A stretch of DNA of 61,790 nucleotides, counting the filler, from Sanchytrium tribonematis (Eukaryota): the NCBI GenBank assembly GCA_018985235.1. It is 9 parts of 9 records of this genome, joined end to end, with 100 filler letters (N's around TTAATTAATTAA, not from the genome) between each part and the next. Parts side by side here need not be neighbours in the genome. Positions count along the whole stretch, not along the records: positions 1 to 4,528 come from JADGIG010000710.1; positions 4,629 to 9,145 come from JADGIG010000711.1; positions 9,246 to 13,757 come from JADGIG010000712.1; 6 more parts are not named here. The stretch is one strand, 5' to 3'. This document shows positions 1 through 12,070 of this stretch, in pieces. The notes under the pieces were generated by a model, which did no database searches, was not told where the DNA came from, and saw only the letters and a program-made list of their open reading frames with translations. Position 1 is the stretch's first letter. Each line of letters begins with the position of its first letter. A program made the translations under genes and the position numbers.

Positions 1-831
1 AAAGATGATATTTAACAAGGGTCTTGAAGATTCACGTCTAGATTGCATCAGTAATTCATATTGAGGACGATCATTGGGACTAAAACAGTTTGAAAAGACG
101 TGATTTGGATTTCTAATGAAATAGCTTATTTGGAATAATCGACCCATAGAAGCACCTAGTGAATAAATATCTGATTTTAATGCATCAAATGACTCACGAA
201 TATAGGGTGATTTGTGATTTAGAAATGCAAACATGGATGGATAATTTGAAGATTCTTGTTTTTTCCACATTTCTGGTGCCATGAATTCAGGTGTGCCTAA
301 TACTTTTCGTATATATAATTGATTCATGTCACTGGATATGATGGATAATCCAAAATCAGCCAATACAAAGTAATATTTGCCATTTTTAATTTCATAAAAT
401 ATATTTGATATTTTGACATCCATGTGCGCAATAGGTGGCTGTAATGTATGTAAATAATTCAATGCACTTAATATATGCTTTAACAATCTTGTGAGAATAT
501 GTATATCATTCTGAATCATGTCTGCATCACCCAAATAAGATTTCATTGTAAATTTGGCAAATGTTGGATTTGTTAAATGACAATTAGATTCTTGGGATGT
601 CATTTGAATGATATGTAGATGTGGATGTTCATTTAATTGATTTAAATGACTCAATACTTTGATTTCATTGCAAATATCTTTTAAAATGGCTATTTCTTTC
701 ACATGATTGGATTTGATGGATTGGAATGATTTTATAGTTTGATTGGGTATTGATGACTTGTCGATGAATGCGATTGGATCATAAGCTGGAATGCAGAATA
801 ATGCATTTAATAAATTGAAAAACATCAACAT
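1..831 (-). CDS. Protein kinase-like protein with short hydrophobic N-terminus (3' end runs off window); tandem paralog of 934-1788
   Basis: Manual translation from ATG at 831: MLMFFNLLNALFCIPAY...ICNEIKVL...AHMDVKISN...LADFGLS...GTPEFMAPE...SDIYSLG; open to position 1, so absent from the ORF track. Confidence 0.85.
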   Translation of the reverse strand, partial: MLMFFNLLNALFCIPAYDPIAFIDKSSIPNQTIKSFQSIKSNHVKEIAILKDICNEIKVLSHLNQLNEHPHLHIIQMTSQESNCHLTNPTFAKFTMKSYLGDADMIQNDIHILTRLLKHILSALNYLHTLQPPIAHMDVKISNIFYEIKNGKYYFVLADFGLSIISSDMNQLYIRKVLGTPEFMAPEMWKKQESSNYPSMFAFLNHKSPYIRESFDALKSDIYSLGASMGRLFQISYFIRNPNHVFSNCFSPNDRPQYELLMQSRRESSRPLLNIIF

Positions 832-933
832 GGGGTATTTTTTGAAATCATAAAATGATGTGTCATGGCGTGACTTTTGTGCATATTGTGACATATTTGT
901 GTCATTTTGTGCCATTTTGTGACTCATATTTAT

Positions 934-1788
934 TTATTGATATTCATAAAACATTGGCAAATTCACCAAATTAGATGCAGTGGGTCGATATTGTGGATCA
1001 CATTGAGTCATGACATACACCAGTGCTTCATGGGTACTCATTAAATTGCGTGATAATAATAATTCTTGCATTTTTATGTATGTCTCATATTCAAATGTCT
1101 GACATTTTGAAGATTTTAAATTTCCAACAAATCCCTCCATTTTAAACAATTCACCAGCAACAACCCCTAATGCGTAGATATCAGTAAGAATAGCATCATA
1201 ATACGCTTTAATTGAGTTGTGATTTGATGTTTTTTGCCATATTTCTGGTGCCATGTATTTCGGAGTGCCTCTATAATCATTGACCATAATTGAATCATGA
1301 TTATCATGTCCAATACTAGATAATCCAAAATCAGCCAATGTAAAATAAGAGTGATATTTTGAATTTGTATTTTTTAAAATATTGGCTAATTTGACATCTC
1401 TATGCGCTACAGGTGGTGTTAAAGTATGTAAATGGCTTAATGCGACTAGCATATGATAGATTAATGCCATTTTAGATCGATTTGACATGAATCTAGTGGC
1501 ATCACTTTGAAATTGAATCATTGCCAATTTTGCAAATGTTGGATTTTCAGAGTGACAATTGGATTCATGAGATACCATTTGAATAATATGTGGATTCGGA
1601 TGACGCATTAAATAACTTAGTACTTTAATTTCATTACAAATACTATTTAAAATTGAAATTTCTTTCATTTTGAATTTAGAGGGTTGATTTGATAATTCAA
1701 ACGATTTAATGACATAATGATCTTGAAATGTAATAGTTGCTAGTGGATTGGATATCACAATGGCACATATGGAAATTAGATTAAACAT
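934..1788 (-). CDS. Ser/Thr protein kinase-like protein with short hydrophobic N-terminus
   Basis: HRDVKLAN, DFG, GTPKYMAPE, DIYALG and RPTA motifs. Start set at ATG 1788 (MFNLISICAIVIS) by analogy with the paralog; both are preceded by CCCC. Confidence 0.88.
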   Translation of the reverse strand: MFNLISICAIVISNPLATITFQDHYVIKSFELSNQPSKFKMKEISILNSICNEIKVLSYLMRHPNPHIIQMVSHESNCHSENPTFAKLAMIQFQSDATRFMSNRSKMALIYHMLVALSHLHTLTPPVAHRDVKLANILKNTNSKYHSYFTLADFGLSSIGHDNHDSIMVNDYRGTPKYMAPEIWQKTSNHNSIKAYYDAILTDIYALGVVAGELFKMEGFVGNLKSSKCQTFEYETYIKMQELLLSRNLMSTHEALVYVMTQCDPQYRPTASNLVNLPMFYEYQ

Positions 1789-2011
1789 GGGGAAATCGTC
1801 GAAAATGCTAGTGTAACATATTGTGACATTGTGACATTGTGTCACCCAAATACAATGTCTTAAAAATGACATTGACAATATTGATGGCTGATTAATGGCA
1901 CATTTTGAGTCTTCCAGATTGGCTATACAATTTAGAATATTCCATCGATTATCCAATAAAATGAATATAATTTAAAATCAAAATATTGCGTGTTTTACGC
2001 CATCAATTAAG

Positions 2012-3598
2012 ATGCTGCTCTTTCCAACTTTAAACGCACTTTCAGATTGTCAAAATTTACAACAATTCGCAATCAATTTGAATATGCATCTTGTCAATCC
2101 AGTCGTCATGAATCAAATTAATACACAATGTTGTATTGGGTTTGTCAGTGGTGTGAATTGTTATTCAGGGGTGATTGATTCGATTACATGGTCCAATTAT
2201 GGATTAAATGGAACTATGACATCATTTTTACCATCTAAATTGACTAGTTTGGATTTACAACGAAATCAATTGAGTGGATTATTGCCGACAACGGGATATC
2301 CAGCTAGTTTGACATCTCTAGTGCTGAATAACAATCAATTTAATGGGACACTGCCACAATTGCCTGATGCAATGACCTATTTGGTAATTGAAAGCAACAA
2401 ATTTACCAATTTCAGTACACTTCCATTAAATTTAAAGACATTTAGTGCCAGTTTCAATCTGATTAAACGCAAATTTCCAAATGATTTGCCATTAAATTTA
2501 CAATATTTGCGACTACAAAGCAATCAATTATATGGAAATATTAGTAGTTTACCAAATACTTTATTATTCATCGATTTATGTAAAAATTCAATTGGTGGTG
2601 TTTTACCACAATTACCTCCAAATCTCAATTATTTATGGATTTGTACCAATAGATTAGAGAATATAACTTACCCATTACCACAATCATTAGATACATTCAA
2701 TGTAGCAGGCAATTTCATTAAATCCATGGTTGAATTTCCACCCAATATTTTATTATTTTATGCAGATTACAATTTATTTCATGGCAAATTACCCCAATTT
2801 CCAAAATCATTGGAAGCATTGTCCATTTCTCGAAATCAATTATCAGGAGATATCTCAAATATTACTTGTTTCCATATCAATTATAATTCAAAATTAACCC
2901 ACATGATTTTAAATTCAAATCAATTGACTGGAAATATGCCCATTTTACCCCCTAAATTACAAGCATTACTATTAGGTGATAATCCAATGAGTGGTCCCAT
3001 CCAGTGTCTCCCAAATACACTCACGACTTTGCTACTCAATGGTGTCCCATTTACTGGTTCTATTATCATGAATCAGCCAGTGACACTTCAAATTAGTTCT
3101 ACCCATATTCACAATGTAAGTATTCAAAATACTTATAAATTAACCAGTTGTGATATTTCGAATACCCCGATGCTGAATAATCCAAATGCCGCATTATTGT
3201 TTCCAATTTGCACACATTCTATTTTATATCAATATACAGGTAATACAACACCCACTCCACAATGTGTATTGCCATTGACTTCAAGTACTTCTATTTCTCA
3301 AGATATGACACAAGATATTTCAATTATCACTAGAAATATCAAATTGGTGACTCATTTGACGGGTTATTCGTTTCATTCAGTAGATGGATCTAATTTTACC
3401 AGTTTAGTCAATACTACTATGTCATTGTCAACCATTTATCATTTTCAGAAACATGTATTTGAATTTCAATTAAATTTTAAAAATTTGATTCGATTCAACA
3501 TATCACTGATTGTTTTGTGCTTCATCATTTTCAAATCACCGTGGAAACGATTGAAAAGAAGGAAATTAGAGAGGGAAGATATTTATAGTAAATTTTGA
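2012..3598 (+). CDS. Leucine-rich repeat protein with Cys-rich N-cap, S/T-rich stalk and C-terminal TM helix
   Basis: Repeated LxxLxLxxNxLxGxLP/LPQLP units, DC..CC..C cap, hydrophobic ISLIVLCFIIF followed by basic KSPWKRLKRRK. Confidence 0.88.
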   Translation: MLLFPTLNALSDCQNLQQFAINLNMHLVNPVVMNQINTQCCIGFVSGVNCYSGVIDSITWSNYGLNGTMTSFLPSKLTSLDLQRNQLSGLLPTTGYPASLTSLVLNNNQFNGTLPQLPDAMTYLVIESNKFTNFSTLPLNLKTFSASFNLIKRKFPNDLPLNLQYLRLQSNQLYGNISSLPNTLLFIDLCKNSIGGVLPQLPPNLNYLWICTNRLENITYPLPQSLDTFNVAGNFIKSMVEFPPNILLFYADYNLFHGKLPQFPKSLEALSISRNQLSGDISNITCFHINYNSKLTHMILNSNQLTGNMPILPPKLQALLLGDNPMSGPIQCLPNTLTTLLLNGVPFTGSIIMNQPVTLQISSTHIHNVSIQNTYKLTSCDISNTPMLNNPNAALLFPICTHSILYQYTGNTTPTPQCVLPLTSSTSISQDMTQDISIITRNIKLVTHLTGYSFHSVDGSNFTSLVNTTMSLSTIYHFQKHVFEFQLNFKNLIRFNISLIVLCFIIFKSPWKRLKRRKLEREDIYSKF

Positions 3599-3602
3599 TT
3601 TA

Positions 3603-4528
3603 TTATGCTGTAAATTGACTAGTCATTGAATGTTTAGAATGAATTCTCCAAGGTATTTTAATCATCACCATTCCAGTAAACATGACATTTAAACACAATC
3701 TAAGAGTGATTGAAAGTGATCAATTCACTTTAAATGTCTGTGATGGCCATTCATGGTTATTTAAGAGTGAGAAATTGGTAGAAATGGGTTGTTTGGAGGA
3801 GATGATTTGAGAGTCAAAAAGAGTAGAATCCATTTGGGGATTATTTATGGTCAATGCACGACTAGGACCTATATTAGAGGGAATTACGAGTGATTTGAGT
3901 GAGATCTACTGGGGATTGATTCGTTTGACTGGCAAATGCGATAGATTCTAGAAATTCTAAGGATTCTGACAAATTAAAAGATGTACTTTGTGGAATATCT
4001 GTAGTAGGATGATTCATTTGAGATAAAGTGACTGATTTTAATGTTATCAAGGTGCTGGTGGCCAATTTGGAACTAGTTGGATGCGCTGTTTTAACAGTTA
4101 ATAGCCTGGTATAGTTCGCCATAAATGGGATGATGCCACATGTGCTACTATTACTCGCATATACATCATCAATTTTGCAATAACTTTTAAATGTTTTACC
4201 AAACACTCCAGGTGAAATTGGATTGTTACTCAAATCACAAATCAATAAAGTATCATCATATTTGATGATGACATCCAACACCAGATTATTTTGTATAAAT
4301 AATGCAGCAGGGCGTAAAAATGTCAAATTGCCACTCAAGAAATTATTATTGAAATAAATGGTAGTTCCTGTAAATGAGGCATCTGTGCAGCCACTTAATT
4401 GATTACAAGATACATCTAAGGTTGTATCTGTGGCTATAGATTTTGGAATACTGCCAGTTAATAAATTGTGAGACACATTTAAAAATACCAAATTTGACCA
4501 ATTCGGGATCTCACCAATAAGATAGTTA
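3603..4528 (-). CDS. C-terminal part of an LRR-TM paralog; intron 3869-3887; in-frame TGA at 3720-3722 before the TM helix (possible pseudogene or truncated allele)
   Basis: LRRs (LNVSHNLLTGSIP, LDVSCNQLSG). Removing a 19-nt GT-AG intron continues the frame to FKVN*SLSITLRLCLNVMFTGMVMIKIPWR, which matches the paralog tails. Confidence 0.75.
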
Positions 4529-4628
4529 NNNNNNNNNNNNNNNNNNNNNNNNNNNNNNNNNNNNNNNNNNNNTTAATTAATTAANNNNNNNNNNNNNNNN
4601 NNNNNNNNNNNNNNNNNNNNNNNNNNNN
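4529..4628. other. Artificial contig linker (Ns + TTAATTAATTAA). Same linker at 9146-9245, 13758-13857, 18366-18465, 22969-23068, 27571-27670, 32171-32270 and 36764-36863
   Basis: Eight identical 100-nt spacers with stops in all six frames; the enclosed contigs descend in length. Confidence 0.98.
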
Positions 4629-5224
4629 TTCAACAAGATTTCAACATAATTTGTACCTGTCGAAAACAGAGTCATAATTAGCTTAAACCATGGAATTAAC
4701 TCTTTTCGACATTTGTACTTATTTAAATGACAAAAATATAAGTAATCTAAAAAGATACGGGAGCAATTTGTAGGATCTTTCATGAAATGCTCCAAAGAAA
4801 ACTGCTGCAACACGTTTGGAATTTCCGAAAAATCACCATAGTCATGATAGTAGCCCATAGCAACAATTGAAATATGTTCTAGATTGTTAGTCGTCTCCAA
4901 CAAATTCGTCAAGACTGCAAGATTTATGGCATTGGAAATAATGTGACAAAATTGGATTTGGACATTTTTCGGAAATTCATTTATATTTTGAATAAGTAAA
5001 TAGCTGAGATCCACAGAGCAAGGGTCTGAACTTTCGATGTATTGCCTTAAAGTAATTGCGCACATTAATTGATAATTGGGCTGAGTCTTAAATTCCAATA
5101 ACGAATTAAGGAGCTCATTGATAATTGTGGTAGAGTCAAATTTTAGGAGTTCTTCAGATATAGGATATATGGATTTTTGGTCAAATCTTTTGAAAAGATT
5201 TTTTGCAAAGTTTGCTTGTTTCAT
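4629..5224 (-). CDS. Helical-repeat protein, possibly importin-beta family N-terminus (truncated by contig end)
   Basis: QLMCAITLRQYI resembles the IBN_N signature (RQxAAxxLKxxI); otherwise weak. Confidence 0.45.
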
Positions 5225-5272
5225 GATCAAGATTTTTCGCAAAAAAATCAAATCTCCCCTTTAAACTTGTAA

Positions 5273-5853
5273 ATGATTTTTGGTAGCTATTTTAATGCAC
5301 TTCGTAAGTATTCAATTAGACAGTATCTGCATCAGTTCTTAGCTATAAATATTATGGTCGCCTCTGCGTTATACGTTTGGAAAGGTCTGGGTGTTTTGGC
5401 AAATACTCATTCACCTATCGTCGTTGTATTAACGGGTTCTATGGAACCAGCAATTCATCGAGGGGACATATTATTTATTACAAATCATACTAACACTCCT
5501 AGAATTGGAGATGTGGTGGTTTATACTGGGTACATGCAACAGGATGAGAAATTGGCCATTCCTATTATCCACAGAGCATTGCAAATATTTTACAAGCAAG
5601 AAAATGGTAAAAATGAAACATACATTGTTACCAAAGGAGACAACAACCCAGTAGATGATCGTGGTCTGTATCTTCCTGGACAGCATTTTATAAAACGATC
5701 TGAGATGTTGGGCTATTGCAAAGGAAATATCCCACGTAAATTTTCATTAATGTAGACCTGGGAATGATCACAATTTGGCTCAACGAAATACCTCACCTAA
5801 AAAATATTGTAATAGGGTTTTTGTGTGTGTGGACTCTTTTCAGCAAAGAATAA
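5273..5853 (+). CDS. SEC11: Signal peptidase complex catalytic subunit; join(5273..5735,5756..5853)
   Basis: SPIVVVLTGSMEP, PIIHR and TKGDNN motifs. Removing a 20-nt intron restores the conserved tail PHLGMITIWLNEIPHLK...SKE*. Confidence 0.96.
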
Positions 5854-5856
5854 AAT

Positions 5857-6832
5857 TTACTGCAATTTTGTGGGCTGAGTAACAAATCTCGCATCAACTT
5901 CTGTCTCGTCCTTGTCTTCTTCATCTCCGAAAAATTTGACTTTGTATTTGTTTGTTCTATTCTCGGAGGGTGGGCTGACAACTTTGGCTTCGTAAAGCTA
6001 CATAAAATCAAAATACAGAGGTAGTGTCTGGATATAATGCAAAAACAGTAGCTCCTTGCTTGTATTCCGGCCACGACATTGGTTTTTTCAGTTGACGAAC
6101 TCCATCCAATGATTTTACATCTTTCGCCTCTGGTGGTAGTCTCATAATATGTCTGCGGTGCTTTTCGGTAATTTCATCTGGCTCCTCGTAGTCTTGTATG
6201 GTATAAGCTGTCTTATTTGGATTAGGGTTTTCCTCAATTTTTGTGACATAGCCCAAAATCCAATTGCCTTTAATTAGGACCACAACCAAATCACCGATCT
6301 TAATAAGATTGGTGTTCTCCTTAAATTCGACTTCAGGTGGAGTAGTAGTCCTATTGGAATTATTTCTCATTCTTCTAGATGGTGGTCTACTTTCTCGAAG
6401 CTGAGTTTCTTTAAGAGCTTCGGGTATCTTTGCAGTCTCTTCAGGTTTACTCTCTTTAACCTCTATAATGCTTTCTATCGACATTGGCTCTTCTTTGGCA
6501 GAATTTTTCTTTCGATTGGCTTTTTCCGCTTTAGGCGTTTCTTTCAATTTAGGCTTCTTACTTATAACGGTAGCTGGACCTGGTTGCCGCCTTTTGCCAT
6601 CTGGGTGGAAAGTCACAATGTCTTCCGGATCACTGTCCATGCCGTCGTCTGATCGAAATTGCATATCATACTGAAGCAATTGGGTAATTCTGTGACCCAA
6701 TGCTCTTAGTCTTTGAATGTCATGTTGCGTTCTAGTATTTACGCATTTTGAATTTAACGCTTGAAATTCTTGTAGTCGTAAATTAAGAATATTTAAATTC
6801 GCTTCAAAATGGTCTTTCGTAAGTTTAACCAT
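5857..6832 (-). CDS. SGF29: SAGA-associated tandem Tudor protein; complement(join(5857..5997,6017..6832))
   Basis: N-terminal coiled coil. VFALYPDTTS|LYEAKVV...KVKFFGDEE...EVDARFV after removing a 19-nt intron matches the Sgf29 Tudor-2 region. Confidence 0.85.
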
Positions 6833-7106
6833 TCAAACCTAGGAGAGTCAAATGTCTGAAATATTTTAACTCTTCAGATTACTGACACGCGTTTAAGCTT
6901 GTGGTAAATTTAGCAGGTTGAAAAAGAGTAATGAGTTTTTCATTATTAATAGCCGTTTTATCATTGAGACTTATAAAACAAATCGGAAAATTTAATGCGA
7001 TTTTCTGGAAAAGTCAATAAAATAAGTCTCTGTAGTCCCTAATCTTTCGGCTGAATAATTTAGTTTCATAACCCACTTTCTCAAAACGTAACTCATAGGC
7101 CAAAAT

Positions 7107-8450
7107 ATGGATATCAAATATCGAAAATTCCTTAGACTCCGTTTAACTACTCCTTTAAAGATGTTCTACACCAAATTTTCTAAATTGACTTGGTTCCTTC
7201 TCATTTCTTTCTTTATACTATTATGCTGCATTCCCCAAAATACAACTGAATTTGATTTTAAATATTCATGTGAAGAAATGATTTATTCCGATCAAATTGA
7301 CATTTGGCCACAACCTAGTAAATGGCACGGCAACATGACTGCTATGGGTAAACTTAAGCTAAAACATTATGCTTTGAGAGTCGATATGAGCGTCAGATTT
7401 AATTCTACACCAAATTTATATTTTCAAGCTCCAAAAACATATGAGCCATACCGGCATATGCACCAGAAAATAGGTGGCAAAGGAGTGGTGATGCTTGTTT
7501 CTCAAAGTTCATTTAAAATGGTGTATTCAAATATTATAATGATGAGAAATTTTTCAGATATCAGCATTGAATTATTTCACTATGATGAGCTCAAGCTCGC
7601 TCAAGAAATTGTATTTGGCAATATGAAAAATGTAAATGTTGTAAATTTAAAAGATTTGGTGTTTGTAAGTCAACCAATTCAATATGTTGAAAATGCAAGA
7701 AATTATCAATTAAAAAGTGCCTCTATTTTAGCTAGTCAGTTTAACGAGATTCTATTTCTTGATTCTGATAATTTACCAGTCAAAGATCCCGTCGAATTTT
7801 TTGACATGCCAGAATATAAAAAATTTGGATTGGTTTTATGGCCTGATATTTGGAAAACACATCCAAAAAATCCTATTTTTAATATATTTGATAAAAAATG
7901 CTCAAATCAATGGGAAATAGAAGCAGGGCAAATGCTTATACATAAAGAAAAGCACATGAAAACATTATTAATGTCATATTATATTATGCAAGATCGTGGT
8001 TTCTGGTTCGATCTTTTATTTGGAGATAAAGATGTCATGAAATATGCGGCTGACTTTGTCGGACTGAAATACAAAGTTGTACCTTATTTTCCATCATTGG
8101 TTGGCTATTTAGATCGGTTTAAAGGTGACAAATTTTTCTGCGGATTGGTGATGCTCCAAAATGGCTTTGATGGGGAACCGATGTTTTTTCACGCCAACCA
8201 AGTTAAATATAGAGGCAATATTGGAAAGGATTACTTCTTAACAATTCAAAAATATAGATATGCAAATAACAACATGGCACAAATGCCACTGTTGGTGACT
8301 GCTAGTAATGGCAATGGTTGTACCGCATTAGGAGAGAGATCCGGCAACAAATACACTAAGCTAGACCACTTAGTAACTGACGATATCTTGGGGGATTTTT
8401 TAGATAATTGGCTATCCTTGAGAAAAGAATTGCTTGAATCTTGGGATTGA
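7107..8450 (+). CDS. GT71 alpha-mannosyltransferase (Mnn2/Mnn5-like), type II membrane protein
   Basis: N-terminal TM; FLDSDN, WPDIWKT, EAGQMLI and GDKD motifs. Confidence 0.88.
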   Translation: MDIKYRKFLRLRLTTPLKMFYTKFSKLTWFLLISFFILLCCIPQNTTEFDFKYSCEEMIYSDQIDIWPQPSKWHGNMTAMGKLKLKHYALRVDMSVRFNSTPNLYFQAPKTYEPYRHMHQKIGGKGVVMLVSQSSFKMVYSNIIMMRNFSDISIELFHYDELKLAQEIVFGNMKNVNVVNLKDLVFVSQPIQYVENARNYQLKSASILASQFNEILFLDSDNLPVKDPVEFFDMPEYKKFGLVLWPDIWKTHPKNPIFNIFDKKCSNQWEIEAGQMLIHKEKHMKTLLMSYYIMQDRGFWFDLLFGDKDVMKYAADFVGLKYKVVPYFPSLVGYLDRFKGDKFFCGLVMLQNGFDGEPMFFHANQVKYRGNIGKDYFLTIQKYRYANNNMAQMPLLVTASNGNGCTALGERSGNKYTKLDHLVTDDILGDFLDNWLSLRKELLESWD

Positions 8451-8694
8451 CATGTTATAATTTTTGGCAAAATGTTTCTCTGATTATAATTTAAGTAAAC
8501 AATTTATGCACCAAATTGACAAATCTTTCAATTTTTCAAAAAGTAAATTGGGTTATCACCCTAATCACTGAAAACGCTTGAGGATAAATTAAATTGCAAA
8601 TTTTTTATATAAAGCTTCATGAACAATTTATGCAAAGGGCCAGAATTTGAGCTTCTCAAAGACAGATTTATTTTTCTCCCCAAGACCCAAACTC

Positions 8695-9145
8695 ATGAAA
8701 ATATTTCCCATTGAAATTACTGAGAAAATATTGTTTACGTACAATGACAACATGAATAGAGAAGGAATGCTATCGACTTCAAACGAATTAATTCCATCAC
8801 CATGGCTTTTGAACAAAGAATTGACTAAGTTGTATCTCAAGAAGAGGTTTTACAAAAATATGACGAGTTCGCTTTCGAATTTTCTTAAATTATTTACATA
8901 CAAAAATTCAATCTACAATTATTTTGAATGGATTCGCAAGCTAACTATTGTCGAAGATCAATCTTTTATTGTGTCACCTGATTTGCATCTTCCGCTCTCA
9001 AAACTTATAAACTGTAGAGAATTATATGGGCACTTTAAATCTTCTAATACTGCGAAGTTCATTCTTAAAAACATTAGAGAAAGCATAATGAACTTGAAGA
9101 CCCTTGAGCTTGATCTACTGAGAGTTGAAGAGACAGATATTATTC
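8695..9145 (+). CDS. F-box-like protein (truncated by contig end)
   Basis: MKIFPIEITEKILF resembles the F-box start LPxEIxxxI; similar to 55004-56053. Confidence 0.5.
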
Positions 9146-9245
9146 NNNNNNNNNNNNNNNNNNNNNNNNNNNNNNNNNNNNNNNNNNNNTTAATTAATTA
9201 ANNNNNNNNNNNNNNNNNNNNNNNNNNNNNNNNNNNNNNNNNNNN

Positions 9246-9441
9246 CATTCATAAATTGGATATTTACATGAAATCATGTGAAAGACAATTAGAAATACTC
9301 AATGATACATATATCCATGACAATGATGCGCAATTAGAGCATAAATATTGTAAAATAGAGAGGAAATTGGAGAAGTGTAGAAAATACTTTGAGCGAGAAA
9401 AGAGACATGCCAATTTGATGATGTATAGACTAACTCAATAA
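9246..9441 (+). CDS. C-terminal fragment of a hypothetical coiled-coil protein
   Basis: ORF at the contig edge ending in a stop overlapped by AATAAA. Confidence 0.4.
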
Positions 9442-9490
9442 ATAGAATGTGCTTTATAAGCGGCAACATAGAATAGACCTATTTCATAGA

Positions 9491-9993
<503 letters not shown>

Positions 9994-11397
9994 ATGAAAT
10001 TTGGCAACTAGTCTACATCTATTATAAACAGAAACCGAAGCAAAAAGTAGACTATAAACAGCAAGGAAATGCAGCATATAAAGATAAAGATTTTCACGCT
10101 GCTATTGAGAAATATACGCTTGCAATTGAACAGGAACCACAATCCATCTATTATGGCAACCGTGCAGCATCTTATTTTCAATTAAAACAGTACGATTTGA
10201 CCTTAAAAGATTGTGATGAAGCATTACAATTAAATCCAAATTATTCAAAAGGAAGATATCGTAGAGCCCTTTGTTTGCATAAAATGAAGAGATACGAAGA
10301 AGCTATATTGGATCTAGTCGTATTGACTATACTGAATAATACGCAAGAGTATTCTAGAACCATGAATGAGTGGATGATTGGTATTTCAAATTTATTTAGA
10401 AATGGTTTCACAAATGCAAATTGACAAAAGATTACCATCCATCACATTCATCCAATCCTATTTTGACTCTTATTTCTATCAACCCAATATTGAGGATCCT
10501 CAATTACTCAAAATAGTGGATTTGATTAAAAACAAGGAATATAAAAATGCCTTTGATGAACTGTCTAAAATCAATGAATCTACACAAGAATACATTAGAT
10601 TGAATCTATTAGGCACCTTCCACTTTCTATATTATGATTTAGACAAGGCATACGACTATTTGAAGGAATCCATGAAATTGAAATCAAATGTGAATTCACT
10701 CTTAAAAATGGGCAATATCACCATAGAACGAGGTGATTTAGATACAGGCATGACACAACTAAATGAAGCAATTAAATCAGCCAAAGATCCATTAGAAAAA
10801 GCAGATTCGTATTATCACAGGGGCCAAATGTATTTGTTAAGCAACCAATTTACAGAAGCCATTCATGATTTTGATGACGCCATCTCCTATAATAAAGAAC
10901 ACATGTTCGCAAAGATCCAGAAGGCAACGTGCATGTACCGACAAGATAAAAAAGAAGCTTTAAAATTGATGATTTTAACAAAGAAGGAATTTGATGATAA
11001 AAATCCTGGTGCCATAGATTTATACTTGGGTGAATTATTTTTAGATCAAATGAATTTACAGCAAGCTACAAAGTGTTTTGATTATGCTATTGAGAAAACT
11101 GGCAGTCCGTTGGCATTTATCAACAAAGCCATGATTTTAGCACAAAATGATTTGATAGGATGTATGGAGCTATTTGAACAAGCTAAGAAAGCAGATCCAG
11201 ATTGTGATATGATCTATATTCAATACGGGCAAGTATTGACACAAGCAGGGCGTTTTGATCAAGCATTGGATGAATTTGATTATGCGATTCAATTAGCGCG
11301 TACACCAGGTGAATTAACACAATCTATTGGTGCTAAATTACAAGCATTGGGGACGATTCAAGCAGCAGCTATTCAAGAACAAACAAAAATGCCATAA
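9994..11397 (+). CDS. TOM70: Mitochondrial import receptor Tom70 (TPR); intron 10381-10399; start codon unresolved
   Basis: YKQQGNAAYK...YYGNRAASY clamp TPRs. A 19-nt intron joins them to RLPSITFIQSYFDS and further TPRs. An anchor-like IWQLVYIYYKQK precedes them in frame, but without an in-frame ATG. Confidence 0.85.
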
Positions 11398-11412
11398 TAA
11401 ATTGGATTTGAT

Positions 11413-12015
11413 TTATTCTGCTAAAAATGCTTGTGGAAATTGTTCTCTAGGGTTTCTATATGGCGTATTTCTACCTTCTTCATTGATCTTATTGATGGTC
11501 CACTTTAAAGTAGAATGGTTGACAGGGAGATTGTATTTTAATAAATGATATGCGCGTTTACTCAATTCTGGCAATTGGTCTAATTGATCTTTACAAAGTG
11601 ATACGAATTTGGGACATCTAGTGAAATGCTTGACTTGGGCATCTGCACGACCAGATATTTTGAGAGATTTCCCACAAAACTCACATGGATTTCGCGAAGT
11701 ATGCACAGATTTCAAATGTCTCGATTTATCTCCTCGATTCTTGAATTGAGTCCCGCATAAATGACATGCCAAGTAGTCAAATGGTTGAGGATATGATTCA
11801 TATTGGGGCGTGAATGTAATCGGAGTCAATTCTTGGTATTTTAGATTTGGTTTGTAAACAAAGGATGTATCAATTGGAGTAAAATACTCTGGATCATTCA
11901 TGAATGATGAACCAGAAATAGAGTAGCTTCCATCTATATTTTTAATGAAATTCATTTTTACAATTGAAATGGGTAATTTGTGCAAAATTGACGCGACTTG
12001 TTGAAAGCTGGTCAT
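11413..12015 (-). CDS. C2H2 zinc-finger protein
   Basis: CHLCGTQF...RHLKSVH and CEFCGK...HFTRC. Confidence 0.8.
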   Translation of the reverse strand: MTSFQQVASILHKLPISIVKMNFIKNIDGSYSISGSSFMNDPEYFTPIDTSFVYKPNLKYQELTPITFTPQYESYPQPFDYLACHLCGTQFKNRGDKSRHLKSVHTSRNPCEFCGKSLKISGRADAQVKHFTRCPKFVSLCKDQLDQLPELSKRAYHLLKYNLPVNHSTLKWTINKINEEGRNTPYRNPREQFPQAFLAE

Positions 12016-12070
12016 CTCAAATGAATTCAATTTATTATAATGCTGAATAGCTTGTATTTATGTGCATTGG

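Noticed and set aside
5793..6074. ORF-track entries 5793-6074, 10197-10424, 14066-14374, 36954-37388 and 52947-53372 as separate genes
   Set aside because: They are exons of, or off-frame overlaps with, genes split by 19-20 nt introns.
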